From: Chrysomallon squamiferum
Lineage: Eukaryota > Animalia > Mollusca
Length of the DNA stretch: 64,000 nt
Direction of reading: 5' to 3'
Assembly (NCBI GenBank): GCA_012295275.1
Contig: CM022667.1
Location: forward strand, 10,726,001 to 10,790,000
Part shown: positions 41,570 to 56,451 of the stretch, piece after piece
Layout of the letters: every line of letters starts with the position of its first letter
Numbering within the stretch: position 1 is the first letter of the stretch
The notes under the pieces: model-generated
Databases searched by the model: none
The model's input: the letters and a program-made list of their open reading frames with translations, nothing else
Told to the model about the DNA's origin: nothing
Program-made: the position numbers and the translations under genes

Positions 41570-42080
41570 TGCAGTGTAAAGATCACACGCTATGATTTCG
41601 TCGACTTCTCTCCTCGGCGGTTTCGCCTCAGCCGATCAGATTCGACGGCGGACAGTTATTGCGTTTGACCCCGCTGTCATTGCCTGCCCCGATATAATAC
41701 ATTTCTTTGGAAATATAATTTCAGCTCATCTCGGCAGGCTAAAGCAAATAAAACAAGGTCGCCCCCAACGTTCACCTCGAGCCGACGGAGGTCGAAGCAA
41801 TCAATGCAAATGGCGGATTGGATTGCCGACTCTATGAAAACTGATCAAAACCGCGTAATATATCATTATGAAATGATCAGCAATTACTCATATGTGGTGG
41901 ATAATGGTTTGCTGAAGAGTGCATCGGATCGTGTTCTTGGCTTGGCTTTTTCTTTCTTTTTTTTTTTTTTTTTTGTAACTGACGGCCATATTTCGATCAA
42001 TAAGAAGCTGTCGAGATACAAAACGTGTCGAAGATAAGCGAGAAGCAAAAATCCCAGACTGGAGAAGAACAGACCCGATT
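41570..42080. promoter_or_regulatory. CpG-rich non-coding island (candidate enhancer)
   Basis: Complex CG-rich sequence between (CT)n and (GA)n blocks, with octamer ATGCAAAT at about 41804 adjacent to AATCAAT, plus CTGTCA. Confidence 0.35.
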
Positions 42081-42166
42081 TTGATTTTTTTTTTTCTTGA
42101 TTTTTTTTTTTTTTTTTTCACTTCGTATTTTGTCTGAGGTTTTGTTTATGTGATTGATAGGGATGG

Positions 42167-42248
<82 letters not shown>

Positions 42249-43376
42249 AGAAGAAGAAGAAAAGAAGAAAAAAAGATGAAGAAGAAAAACCTACAGAAAC
42301 ATCATAAACCCCGGATCAATCATACAAGCAGAATTAACAAAGAAAGAACAGCAGCACAGACAGAAACTATATAAATTTATTCAGAATGCTTTGCCTCTGA
42401 GACGCGTCATGTGATTTATGCTAATACAATATCGCTAACTGGCAGATATCCACAATTAACACCGGCTCAGACCTTAAACCTGCATCATTTTTTTTTTTTT
42501 TCTTTCTTTCTCTTCCATATTTGCGAGGCTATGAAAAACGTGGTGTTAAAATCCGATTGTCTATGACGGACAGGGTTAACTCTCGAGTGATGTAATATCT
42601 GAAAATAAGAAATTAAATTAACAGTCACTTGAGAGAAAGAAAAAGAAAGACAGAGATAGAGGGAAGAAAAAAAAAAAGAAAGCAAAAAAAAAAAAAAAGA
42701 GAAAGAAAAAGAAGCAGCATAACAACTTTGAAATGTTGAGAAGCAATCGCAAAAGGTAATTTGATTATAATTCACTTAATTTCGTGTTGAACATGATGAC
42801 AAGTCGATAGCGTTAGACAAAGGAAAACAGTCGAAGATAAAAAAAAAAAATAGATAGAAAAAAAAAGGAAGGAAGGAAGGAAGGAGTGAATGAATAAATT
42901 GTTAATGACACCCCCTCAGTATTATATATATGAATTATTTATTGGATTAAAAGGTGTCGTAGAAAGAAAGAAAGAAAGAAATGAAGGAAGAAAGACAGAA
43001 AGAAGGGTGAGTGAATGTTATAAAATAATAATACGATACAATCAAAACAGAATAATAAAAAGAAAAAAGAAAAAGAAAAGAAGAAGTAAAAATAACACTG
43101 ATATCAGTTATAACCTGAATTATAAAAAAAAAATTTACAACTGATCACAATCTAATTAACACTCATATTTTTTTTGCAAATTTATTTGTTTATTAAATAA
43201 AAAAATGAATGAATAAATAAATAAAAAATAAAATAAAACAAACAAACAAACGAATAAATATTGAAAGAAAATAAACACACAAAAAAAAAAAAAAAAAAAA
43301 AAAAAAATAATAATAATAATAAAAATAAAGCTCAATTTCACTGAAACACCAAAACAAAACAAAAAAATAATATATA

Positions 43377-43420
<44 letters not shown>

Positions 43421-45560
43421 AAAAAGAAAAAAAAAAATTCGATTCGACAGCCGTTTCAAAATAATACACCAAATTTGATTATAAAGACTGGAACAGACCC
43501 GGCCCGCGAAAGAGGCTCTTCTGCGAATTTAATTTTCAAAAATGACATCTCTTGGAGTAATTATGGGTCTCAACACGTCACGACCCCATTGATCCTCGTT
43601 CTAAGATTATTTTTATTCCGGTTCACATGCAATTTTGACAGGAAAATTGCTTGTGTTTATTGAAAATTCGGTGCGCCATGTCGTTTGGCCCCGTTATGAT
43701 TCATTAACCGACGAAAGGCAAAGAGCCAATGTGAAAACAATATAATTCAATATATTATCTTCCAGCGCTGCAGTTTTGTCTTCATTTTTTTTTCTTCTTC
43801 TTCTTCATCTTCATCTTCATCAGTTATCTATGCATCATCGTCATCATCATAACTTTTTTTTTCTTCATTAGTGATGATACATTTTTTTTTTTTCATCGTC
43901 TTTATTATTTTCTTCTTCTTTTTTTTTCATGATGATGATGATGAGGAGGAGGAGGATGATCTTCTTCTTCTTTTTCATAATCATTTTTTTTTTTTTTTTT
44001 TTGTTCATATGTATGGTCATCATTATATTTTTCGACTTTGTCATCAACGTTATCGTCATTATAATCTTCGTTATTATTTTCTTCGTCTTGTTCAGTTATA
44101 ATATTCTTCGTTTTATCATCATCATGTCATCTTCAAATACATTTTCATCATCGTCGTCGTCATCATCATCATAATCATCATCGAATCATCTGTCTTCTTT
44201 CTTCTTCTTCTTTGTATATTTCTTCTCAGTTTTCTTCTTTTATTTATCTTAACTGCAGTAAACATCAAACAACAACATCGAAAATAATAACAACAACAGC
44301 TATAACAATATTAATATCAATGGTAGTAATAGTAGTAGTAGTAGTAGTAGTAGTAGCAGTAGTAGTAGTAGTAGCAGCAGCAGTAGTAGTAGTAATAGTA
44401 GTAGTAGTAGTAATAGTATTATGGTATTAGTAATAGCAGGCGCAGTAGAAGCAGTAGTAGTAGTAACAGTAGTAGTAGTAGTAGTAATAGTAATATGGTA
44501 TTAGTAGTAGCAGCAGCAGCAATAGAAGTAGTAGTAGTAGTAGTAGTAGTAGCAATAATAATAGTAATACCTCTACATTTCCTGCTCTATTTTAATTACT
44601 ATTTTCATTTTTTTTTTTTTTTTTTTTTTTTCAAATAGCTCCATCCACACACACACAGAATTCTCGCGCGGTTCAACGTCAGCGACATGTTATGGAAATT
44701 CGGATCGAAAAGGTTACGACTACAACAACTGCCCCGCGTATTAACTCGCATTAACCTAGGCGAACTCTGCTCGCCCTCGAAATAGTTATGAAAATTATCA
44801 AATGTGATACTGAATTCACGCTGCGAAATAATGATGTCACAATTAATGTAATTTGATGCGAAATTTGCCCGTGATTGAATTAAAAACCCGGCTCGGAACT
44901 CTAATGCAGTCGCTTTTTGTGATCCGAGGCGGTTTCGTGTGAATGCAGCAGATGATGACGTTTCGGCCGCTATTTGTGTGGGGGGGGGGGGAAACGAATT
45001 CGCAAACGAACGTATATTATTACGTCATAATGAACAACCTAATCCGAATTTGGAATTAAACGAGTTTGCGTATAAACACTGTTATTACGAATATTATAAC
45101 GTCACAGATGTCAATTTTTTTTTTTTTTTTTTCTATTTCTGAAGTGATGGCAGCTGAGTTCGGTAATGAAATTATTAAAATCTATTACTACTACTACTAC
45201 TATTACTTTATTTTTTAAAAACAGTCGTATGGTTTTGTATGTAGGTACATATGTATGTTTGTACGTAGTATGTATGATTTTTTTTTACATAAACACCTTT
45301 AAAAAAAATAATTCTATCTTCACGAACTGTCTATAGTCAATAAGCTGACATTTATTAAATATTTATATTTTGTATTTTCCTGAAACTGTATTGTCCGACC
45401 ACTCTGTCTTTATCAAATAAAATAATTCAGATTGCATCTGTACATCTTTCTGTCTGTCATTCCAGCAGTCGAATTGTTACTCATCCGTCCGAGCATATTA
45501 GAAGGTATATGAGAGAGAGACAGACAGACAGACAGAGAGACAGACAGAGAGTGAGACCAA

Positions 45561-45616
<56 letters not shown>

Positions 45617-46619
45617 TAGAAAGATAGATGAAAAGGATATGATGATGAAAATGATGATGATGATGATGATGATGATAAAAGAAGATAGTAATAAAAAATT
45701 TAAATGCGATAATAAAATTGAAGAAACCTATGTGATAGTAATAATGATAGTAACTACTACTTCTACTACTACTACTACTACTAATAATGAGAAGAAGAAG
45801 AAGAAGAAGAAGAAGAAGAAGAAGAAGAAGAAGAAGAAGAAGAAGAAGAAGAAACAGAAACAGAAAGAAAAAAAAGAAAATATGAAATTAAAAACTAACT
45901 GTATATTTCAAAGCGTAAAATTTACATGTGATGTACATATCACTGACACAAGTCGAGCTTTCACTGTGTGTGTGTGTGTGTTTGTGTGTTTGTGTGTCTG
46001 ACAGCGACACGGCAATCAATATGTCACAACCAGCGTGTTAATTAACAACGCCTTTTTCCCCATCCGAGTGACGTTCAAGTCGGAATCCTCGAATAGTTTA
46101 GCAACGATTTATCGAACGACAGGATCGATACCATAAACAAAAGATTTGATCGGTTTGCTATCGGTCGATACAGACAACGCGACTATGATCTCTTCACTGT
46201 GATTGGGTTTTGTTTCAAGTCGTTTTCGTGTCCGTCGAGTGTCCGTCCTTCGTTTGTTTGTTATAAAAAAAAAATGAACAGAATTAGGCAATTTGCGAGT
46301 GAAGTAATACTTTAAGTAATCAGTTTTTCTGTTTTTGTAAGGTTTTTTTTTTGTTGACTTTTTTCCGTCATCTTTTTTTTTTTTTTTTTTTTTTTCTGTT
46401 AATGTTTGATTTTTGAGAGTTGGCACTTTTCATTTCTTCTTCTTCTTCTTCTTCATTTTAAAATTTTTTTATTGTTCTTCTCTTATCTTTGTTTTCTTTT
46501 AATTTTATTTTTTCTTTTTGGTTATTTTTGCATTTTTCTTTTCCATTTATTCTTCCTTTTTTTAAAAATAATTTTCTTTCTTTTTTTCCTTAATTTATCC
46601 TTTTATTGTTACGTTTTTT

Positions 46620-46760
46620 ACTTTTCAGTTTCATTCTTTCTTTCTTTCTTTCTTTCATTCTTTAATTCATCCTTTTAATATTATGTTTTTGCTTTTCAGT
46701 TTCTTTCTTTCTTTAATTCATCCTTTTAATATGATGTTTTTACTTTTCAATTTCTTTCTT
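46620..46760. repeat. Tandem duplication, ~50-bp unit, 2-3 copies
   Basis: CTTTTCAGTTTC...TTTAATTCATCCTTTTAATAT(T/G)ATGTTTTT recurs. Confidence 0.75.
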
Positions 46761-47123
46761 TCTTTATTTCTGTCTTTCATTTTTTACTAGTGTTCTTTAC
46801 TTTTTTATTTTATCTTTCTATCATTCATTGTTCATTCATTCTTTTTTCTTTCCTCTGTTTTTTTGCTCCCTTTATCCTTCTTTTAACCCACTTTTTTGTT
46901 TTGTTTTTCGATAAAGACACAAATTTTCATTGTTTGTTGGAGATTTTAAAATTCTTTTTCTTGTTTATCTGTCTTTATTTTCTTTTCTTTTTTTTCCTCG
47001 ATTGAAAAACAAAAAATCGTTTTTGTTTTTCAGTACACCAAAAAAACAAACATAAAAACAACAACAAATAAATAAATAAATAAATAAAAAGTAAAAAAAA
47101 AAAAAAGAAAAAAAAAGAAGAGA

Positions 47124-47159
<36 letters not shown>

Positions 47160-47449
47160 AAGGAAGAAAGAAAGAAGGAAAGAAGGAAAGAAAAATAAAG
47201 TAAAAACAATAACAGGATTAAAAAGGAATTTTGTCGGAAAGGTTTATAAAAATATAGAGTCCGACCCTCATTTATCAAAAAAAATAAAAAAAATTAAAAA
47301 AAATTAAAATAACAAAATGTTTTATTTTTCTATGTGATAAACTAGCAAAATGAAGTCACTGAATAAATCCATATTTTCTGTCTGATAAACTTGCAAAGAA
47401 ATATGTACTGAATAAATGTGTGTGTGTGTGTCTACAAAAAACAAAACGA

Positions 47450-47504
<55 letters not shown>

Positions 47505-49263
47505 TGTATCTATTATTATTATTATTATTATTTTTGTTGATTATCTTTATTATTATTATCATCATCATCATCATCATCATCATCATAGGATTATCTCTGC
47601 AGAGTTAACATTATATTATAAAACGTCTGGTTCTCTTAGGCGATACTTTTAAATGCAAACTTGGAAATTTAAAATTCTGATTGCGTGTGGAAATAGGAGT
47701 CATTCCACTGTGACGTCACACGTGTCAGCTGTAATTAACAGCCAGCACTTCGTTGTAAAACTAAAACGACCAATTTAACGAAACGAAAACGGACGTTAGT
47801 TTCATTTCCCGTTAAAATGGCTGCACTGTGATCACCTTTGTGCAGTTTAGTATTTTATTGTTGGAGCAAATTAATTTTAAATACGTCTTAATTAATGTTG
47901 CTAATTGGGTCCGCCATTATAGATTATTTAAATATTTATTAAACGGACGCTAATTTGGAAAAATTCGTGGTTTTGTACCCGAAACAATTTCGCGCCCTAA
48001 TTCTCATTTTGTTTTTGCTCTTAGGTTTTTGCGTCATGGTTTTTTTTTTAATTGTTTAATTGTTAAAATTTTAATTAGAAAAGTAAATAGTTATTATTAT
48101 TTTTTTTTTTTTTTGGTAAGTAATTAAATGAGCTGTTTATGCATATGTGGGACTGGTAACGAAAGAAAATGAAGAAGAAGAAGAAGAAAAAGAAGAAGAA
48201 GAAGAGGAACAAGAAAGGAAAAATAAACAGGAGTTGAAGACGAAAAGAAGAAGAAAATAGAGAATGAATTCAAGAAATAGGGAAGATGAAAGAAAGAAAA
48301 AAGAGAGAAAGAAAAATATATAAAATGTAATGAATTAAGAAAAGAAATGAACAAACGAAAAAAAAAGAGAAAGAAAGAAAGAAACAATTTTTGAGAAAGA
48401 AAAGATGAAGGGCAGCATTAAGTAAAACTAAAAAAAATAGAAAGAAAGAAAGAAAAAAAGAAAAACTATAAAATAAATATAACACATATGAGACATTTTT
48501 TTCCAGAACAATTTAAACATAAATGAACTTATATAGGCAACAATAAAAGCAAGGACCTTTAAAAAGACAAAAAAACAACAACAACAACAACAAAAAATTC
48601 CCACAATCATTCCATCTTCTATTATCCTAACCCGCATAAAAAACTAACGTGTCCAAAACCATTATGAAAAAAACAAACAAAACAAACAAAATAAAAAAAA
48701 AATAAAAAAAAATAAACCCGAAGAAACATTAAAACATTAATTCTCCGCGGACAGATGTAACTCAATTTTTGAGCCTAAGATTTTATCCTAAGTGTCTTCT
48801 CCATAAGATATTTTCATACGCTTCGTTATTTTGCATTTTCTTGAGGTGTTGGGATTTCTGTGCCGTCGTGTTTGTTCTCCATCAGAAGGGAACGTTGGAA
48901 GCATTTTCTATCAATATACCAACGCCTTTTACTAAAGATAAGATGATTTTCTTCGCTGTCATTATCAATATTTAATATGACCGGTACTTCTCGGTGTAAG
49001 CGGCACTTTTCGGTAGGTGACGAAAATGCATTATGTTAAATGAAGGGGAAAGTCAGTCTTCATCTTTCTCTTTCTTTTTTTTTTTTAATCTCTCTTGCTT
49101 TTTTTTTTTTGAATTTTGAAATAGTTAATTTTATTGGTGGAAAAATAAATCGATATTGTAAACGATGAATAAATTATTTGTTTTGTTTTTGTTTATCTCA
49201 GTTTCATTTTTTGACAGTCCTTTTGTGAGACGTGTCCGTCCGTTTGTTTATCTTGTGTTATGT

Positions 49264-49435
<172 letters not shown>

Positions 49436-50004
49436 GGTCTTTTAATGTAGCATAAAAATAAAACAATTAATTTTTAAACAGTCATGAAAATAATTATATA
49501 TAAATTATAAAGATAAAATTATCATCATCATCAACATCATCAACATCATCATCATCATAATCATAATCCTCCTTATTATTAAAATAATAACTAAAACATA
49601 AGTCGCACATATTATCTTCAATTTTTATATAATTATCCTCTAAGCGAAAAGCAAAGCTTTAAAGTTACGCTGAACAGCCCGCTGCTGGTTTCTAAACGAA
49701 GGGGAATCAGACACGGATTTGTCATTACGCAGATGTTTTACATATCAAGTGTGCAACAAAATGGGCGAATTATATGGCAGAAGCTTTCAGCGGTATAACA
49801 CGTGTTTAACGACAAAAATGCATGAATTATTTTATCTCTCTCTATGTTTCGATGCTTTCATGTCGTCGTGGATTTTTGAGTAATGTTTGTTCTTTGTGTG
49901 ATGGTGGTAGTAGTAGTAGCTAGTAGTAATAGTAGTAGTTGTAGCAGTAGGTAGCTAGTAGTAGTAGAAGAAGCAGCAGCAGAAGTAGTAATAGTAGCAG
50001 GTGT

Positions 50005-50135
50005 TGGAGTGAAATAGGACAGGGAGAGACTCACACGCACAGATGCGCAGAAACAGAGGTAGAGAGAGAGGGGGAGGATGGGGGAGGGAGAGAGAAAAGG
50101 AAGAAGAAGAGAGTGTGATAGATAGAAGGGCAGAT

Positions 50136-50150
<15 letters not shown>
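50005..50150 (+). repeat. Dispersed purine-rich repeat, copy 1
   Basis: GAGTGAAATAGGACAGGGAGAGACTCACACGCACAGATGCGCAGA...GGGGGAGGGAG...ATAGATAGAAGG aligns with 55560-55730. Confidence 0.75.
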
Positions 50151-50232
<82 letters not shown>

Positions 50233-50934
50233 AATATATACATACAAAAGGTTAATTAATGTGAGACTTTAATAATATACAGATTTAATATAAATTAAAC
50301 AAACCACACCATAATAAAATCGAAAGAGAAAACAAAAGTAAAATGAAAAGCAAACACGCACTGAAATGAATGATTATGTTGAAAGCAGTTCATTTCAAAA
50401 AGAAACAGTTTTAATTCATTATTAAAATATATTTGTAATTATTAATTTTAATTTGGGTAATGCAATTAAAGCAAACAGAACACTGAAATTTTATACTGTA
50501 ACTACAAGAATGATAAATGAAAGATGCACTAAGGCAAAAACAATTATGGTCATAAAAAAATATAAAAAAATAACTGAAGATTAAATAATAATAATAAAAA
50601 TTTAACATTAAAATAAATTATATATAAAAAAATCAAATCAGAGAGAAAATAAATTATAAACAAATAATAATTAAAAAGAAGAAGATTAAACACAAATAGA
50701 AAATAGATTAACAATATATAATTTTTTCTTAAAGAACATAAACAAACTAGAAAAGTACAACATTTTTTTTATTATTATTATTATTTTCCTTTTAAATCGA
50801 GAAATAAAAAAGAAAGAAATTTTAAATAGTCTAGTAGAGTAAGACCAAATGGAGAAAACAAAGTAAAAAAGATTTAAAAAGAAAGAAAAAAAACCAAGAC
50901 AAATATATATATAATAAAATGAAATGAAATGTAA

Positions 50935-50969
<35 letters not shown>

Positions 50970-51129
50970 ATCCATTGACTATTCGTGACTGCACAAAACC
51001 AAATCAAATTCGAGTGAACGTTTTTTTTTTTTTTAATTCTTCATTTATTTATGTATTCAATTACTTAATCCACCTTATAAAATTTTAAAAAACTTAACGA
51101 GTCCACAACAAAAAAAAAAAAAAAAAAAA

Positions 51130-51440
51130 ATGCAATTATCTTTTCTCGCGTCACTTCCGGTTTCCCGCGGAGGTTAATCCGGGATTAGTTCTGTCTGAAA
51201 TTGATTTCTCCTTATAACCTTTCTTACGTGGACATTTTTCCTTTGAATATCTCCAAGAAATACTCAATTTTCAGCGTTTCTACCAATTTACACAAATGTT
51301 AATTCAAGAAACATCCCCGCGATGACGGCCTGATAAACGCTGGATATGCTCGTTTTCTATTGGCTATCCGTCAGCGCCATCTAGCGGGCAGTGACAGCCG
51401 ACCCAGGCCGCCATCGGTGAGTTCGTGGCGGTTCGGTGGC
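51130..51440 (+). promoter_or_regulatory. Promoter-like CpG island
   Basis: TCTCGCG, ETS ACTTCCGG (51153-51160), E2F TTTCCCGC (51161-51168), inverted CCAAT (51359-51363), the CTCF motif, GCCGCCAT and a consensus donor CG|GTGAGT (GT at 51417). Confidence 0.35.
51374..51387 (-). promoter_or_regulatory. CTCF-like motif, reverse orientation
   Basis: Minus strand (TGC)CCGCTAGATGGCGC(TG), a close match to the CTCF core including flanks. Confidence 0.65.
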
Positions 51441-53615
51441 AAAATTATATTTATCTAAATTGTTATCGTGATTTTTGGGGTTAATAAATGTCTGCGAATG
51501 TCTGTCACGAACTTGGCGCAAAATTATTTCTATCTGTCGATTTATATTTCAGAGGCTTAATGAAAATAAACAGCGAACGCCATTAATAAATGAAAGATTT
51601 TGAAATAGGCTTCGTTTCGTTTCTTTTTCCTTTTCTTTCTTCTTCTTCTTCTTCTTCTTCTTCTTCTTCTTCTTCTTTTTTTTCATAAATTCTTTTGTTT
51701 TTGGTCGTAATTAAAAAATACTGATGATAATAATGTTGATGATTTTTGGTGATGATGATGATGTTAGTTTTTAAATGTATTTTTTTTGGTTTATAATATA
51801 ATACACATTTAAACACATAAATACATACATACGTATATATATATATATTCAGAAAGACAGACATACATACGTAAACGCATATACAAACATACATAAATTA
51901 AAGAAACTTCCCTCCAATTTTTAAATTATTATTATTATAATTTGTAGATATCGTAAGCTGGCAATTCTGAATCAGCTGAATATAATTATACTGTAAATTG
52001 GCTTCAAGGGTGGAATTTTCAAAACAAGTAAAACCATAATTAATACTAACTGGGGATCTCATAAAGTAACCTTTCCAAACTGAAATCGTTTTGCTTTTTT
52101 TGTCGTTTATTTCAGTTCAGTGACACAAACCCTTAACAAATAACAAAAGAAATTTTGGACGGAATTTTCTCAACAAAAAAGGGAAAAATACTACTGTATT
52201 ATGTTTATTTAGTGGTCAATTTTTTAGTGGTCAGCTGAGGTCCTTTTACAATTAAACATTTTGGAACGCTGACAGCAATGAAATCTCCATCTGAAATCCC
52301 GTTCTAAGACTGTTTTGTAAAACTGCTTTTCATTGGGTATTTAGAACCAGTTACCAGTTTAATAAATACTAAACCTCATCCCGGCTTTTTAATCATCTCT
52401 TTATTACTTCGCGTTAACCTTGATTGTCTTTCGCCAACACAATTCTTTCCCTACATATTTTAGCTTTATTTCATTTTCTCTCGAAGAAAATGGGGAAAAA
52501 AATTACAAAAGGACAAATTTGGCCTGGGGTACATTGTTTTTTCCCCTGTCCAATTCTTTGGCCTATAATTTTATTCCTTTTCTATCTCTATTGCTGTTAA
52601 AATCTTATTTTCATTCTCCATAACTTGAGGCCTTATTTTATTTTATTTTATTTTTAAATTGTCGGGTTTTGGCTCTTCTTTAACAGTTAAGCCGTCTTTC
52701 AAAGATTCTCTTCCGATCTTAATTTTATTCCCCAAGTCTGTCTTCCCCTGAACTTTTTCTCCTTCAATTAGCGCATCTCTTCTTCTTTCTTTGTAATTCC
52801 GTTCATCATTCTTTCTCGCAGGAAAACTTCCGCACCTACCCCGCTCTTTTTGATTGAAATATTATGTATATGATCTACTTCTCCCAGATTCCCCTCTTTC
52901 CTAGCCAATCACATTCGTTCCTCGAGTCCCATTCCCTCCCCCAGTCTTCTTCTCCCCCTCCACCATCCCTCGGACGTCAAAGTTGTCAATTTGCATACGA
53001 GGTCTTACGTATTCACACCTCTCGTTCAAACCTTCCTCCCCATTTCCCTCCCTCCCTCCCTTCCTCTCTTCAGCCTGCCTCCCCCAGTCTCACACTCTCC
53101 CTCCCACAGCCGTAATCCCTCCCTCCACCACCCGCCCCTCAAGCTTCATTTCGTCAATTTGTGTGTATGTGTGGATCTAATACATCAGCAAACTCAGCTC
53201 GCCGAGAATTGAACGTGGATATAAAGTTTGTTATTTTTCTTCCAGCAACAATGAAAGCTCCGACAAAATCTTATTTTCGCGTTTTTATGACCGCCGCGTA
53301 TGTTAAGGCTTTTGGTCAGCGCTCTATGGGATCTCATACATATTAGATTTGTCCGCGCTTATTGGTGACCAAGACACCCAACAGAATCATTTCTTTCAGG
53401 GGAAAGATCGTCTTATTAGATGAAATTCTCAGAAATTAGTATTTGAGACGGCAATGTGTTTGGGCCTATTAACAAAAGTCTCATTTATATACAGTGAATC
53501 CAATACGTGAGGACGAATTATTCTTCAATCAACGTAAATTTTCTTTCAGAAATATCACCACCAGGCTCTCGTGAATGCAATTATCCTGGCATAGCGTGAG
53601 GTTGGATGGAAGCAA

Positions 53616-53630
53616 ACACACACACACACA

Positions 53631-53719
<89 letters not shown>

Positions 53720-53732
53720 ACACCACACACAG

Positions 53733-53760
<28 letters not shown>
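53616..53760. repeat. (CA)n microsatellite
   Basis: Direct reading. Confidence 0.95.
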
Positions 53761-53764
<4 letters not shown>

Positions 53765-54240
53765 GGGAAAAACAATTTCTGGTTGTGGGGTGAAATCTTT
53801 TATGCTAAATAAAACGAATCGATACATTTTTATACCTTATGTGTTTACGAGAGCGAGAGAGAGTCCTGGAATTTTCATTCCGAGTTTTGTATATATGTGT
53901 GTATCTGTATGTGTGTGTGTGTGTGTGTCTGTCTGTGTGTGTGTGACTTTGTGTGTGTGTGTTTATTTTCTTTATGTTTGTCTGTAGGTATGCATTTGAG
54001 TATGTATAAATGTGTTTTTGTTGTTATTATTATTAATATTATTACTATTATTATTATTATTATTATTATTATTGTTGTTGTTATTGTTATTGTTATTATT
54101 ATTATTAATATTAGTGGTGATAATAATAATTCTAGTAGTAGTAGTGGAAGTAGTAGTAGTAGCACTAATAATAGTATAACTAGTATTATTGTTACAATTT
54201 ATCATCATCTTCTACTTCTTTTTCAATTTCTCCTTTTTCA

Positions 54241-54309
<69 letters not shown>

Positions 54310-55002
54310 TCTATATTTTTTTTAATATTTATTTTTTCGGTTCTTTGAGACTTATTAAACTGACTTTCTGTCTGCAGTCGACAACAAAGGAATTAAGATT
54401 CAGTTACTAAATGCTGTAAAACAGAGAATCTGTAATTTCTCTGAAAGAGACGTCTCATAGGTATTTGTCTATTTCTAAATGTAAATATTAATGTTCTGAA
54501 ATTTAATTTTTTTGTACGATCAGTATTAAAACAAGACATTCTTGAAAAGTGGTTTGAGAGAACGAAACCGTTATGTTTTTAAAATGTGTGTATGATGAAG
54601 ATCATTTTCAAAATTTATTTATTTATTTGTTTATTTATTTATTTATAATTTTTAAGCTCTTTTTCTTTTATTTGTTCTGTTCAATTTGTAATTTTTTTCA
54701 TTTTCTCTTAAGAATGATTTTGTATATTAAGATACATATATTTTTTTATTATTTGTTCTGTTCATTTTATTTATAAATTTAATTTTCTCTTATTATTTTT
54801 AAAAATGATTTTGTATGTTAATATTTTTTTTTTATTATTTCCGATGTATCTATAAATTAATATATTCTCTATTTCACTAAATTTAAATATTTTAAGAATC
54901 TATATTTTTTTTTTTTTTTTTTTTATTTAATTAATAATAATAAAAATATTAATATTCACTTGTTTGTTTATGATTTATTTTAGTTTGGAATTTGTTATAG
55001 AA

Positions 55003-55044
<42 letters not shown>

Positions 55045-55559
55045 GTAGTAGTAGTTGTTGTTGTTGTGGTGATGATGAACATCATTATCTCAATTTTAAC
55101 AACCAATTAGCATAATTATATTCCGGAAGTAGCCGACACTTTCCGAAAATATACGACTCTTATTTCGTAATCGTCGAATGAATGGAAATTACCCATTCGT
55201 TTATGTGTTTTCAGTAAATAAATAACGATTTCATTCATTTTTTTGTTGTCGTCTCTCCGAGGATACCCACGACCGCCGAGGATTTTGCCGAGCGTTGGGT
55301 GCAACATTAAAAATGCAGAGGAAAATACCCAATAGCCCGAATCGATCGTTCGTGAATCTCCGTTATTAGCGACGAAGACTTTGATGTTATCGGAATATCT
55401 CGAGGGCTTAAAGTCAAATATTGCTTGGGTTATTAATTTGCGAATATTTAATTATTAATCGTTTTAATCACCCCCAAAAAACTTTCTCAAGAAGAAGAAG
55501 AAGAAGAAGAAGGAATAGTTTCTGGGTTATCGGATTAGCGGTGGAGTGAGTGGGTGTGG

Positions 55560-55729
55560 GAGTGAGTGAAACAGAGCAGGGAGAGCGACTCACACGCACA
55601 GACACGCAGACGCACGGAAAGAGAGAGAGATAGGGAGGGGGAGGGAGGGAGAAAGCGATAGAGTGAGAGAGGGAGAGCAAGAAGGAGAGAGAGAGTTTGA
55701 TGAATAGATAGAAAGGTATATATATATAT

Positions 55730-55730
<1 letters not shown>
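55560..55730 (+). repeat. Dispersed purine-rich repeat, copy 2
   Basis: GAGTGAAACAGAGCAGGGAGAGCGACTCACACGCACAGACACGCAGA...GGGGGAGGGAG...ATAGATAGAAAGG. Confidence 0.75.
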
Positions 55731-55776
<46 letters not shown>

Positions 55777-55889
55777 CATATAGAAAGGAAAAGAGAAATA
55801 GAGAGAGAAAGGGAAAAGAGAGAATGAATGAGAGAGAGAAAGAGAAAAGAGAGAGCGCAAGAGAGTGAGACGGAGAAAGAGATGGAGGA

Positions 55890-55996
<107 letters not shown>

Positions 55997-56409
55997 GAGT
56001 ATAAACGTTTAAAGTTCATATCTTTCGTGATGATCTTTTGATTATCATTAACTTGGAGAAAAATAAAATAGAGTAGGTGAGAGACTTATTAATAGTAATA
56101 GGCAGCGAGAGAAAATCAAGTTAAATATTTAGAGAGGGTGTGAGAAAGAAGGTAAGACGGACAGACATGGGTGGCTTGAAAAAATACACATGCACGAACA
56201 CAGGCGCATAAACAACATTTTAATTATTACTAACTTAAATCATTACTTGAGAAAGAAAGAGAGAGACTTAGAATCGGAGAAAGAGATTATAGACAATTAG
56301 ACAAAGACAAAGAGAAAAGAAAATAATACGGCTGAGAATAATTTATATTATGTGTTTAGTTTGATGATGATGAAAATAATAAATTAAATAATAATAATAA
56401 TAATAATAA

Positions 56410-56451
<42 letters not shown>

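Noticed and set aside
45990-46010. TTGTGTGTCTGACAGCGAC resembles miR-210
   Set aside because: It has mismatches in the seed, derives partly from a (TG)n run, and has no hairpin partner.
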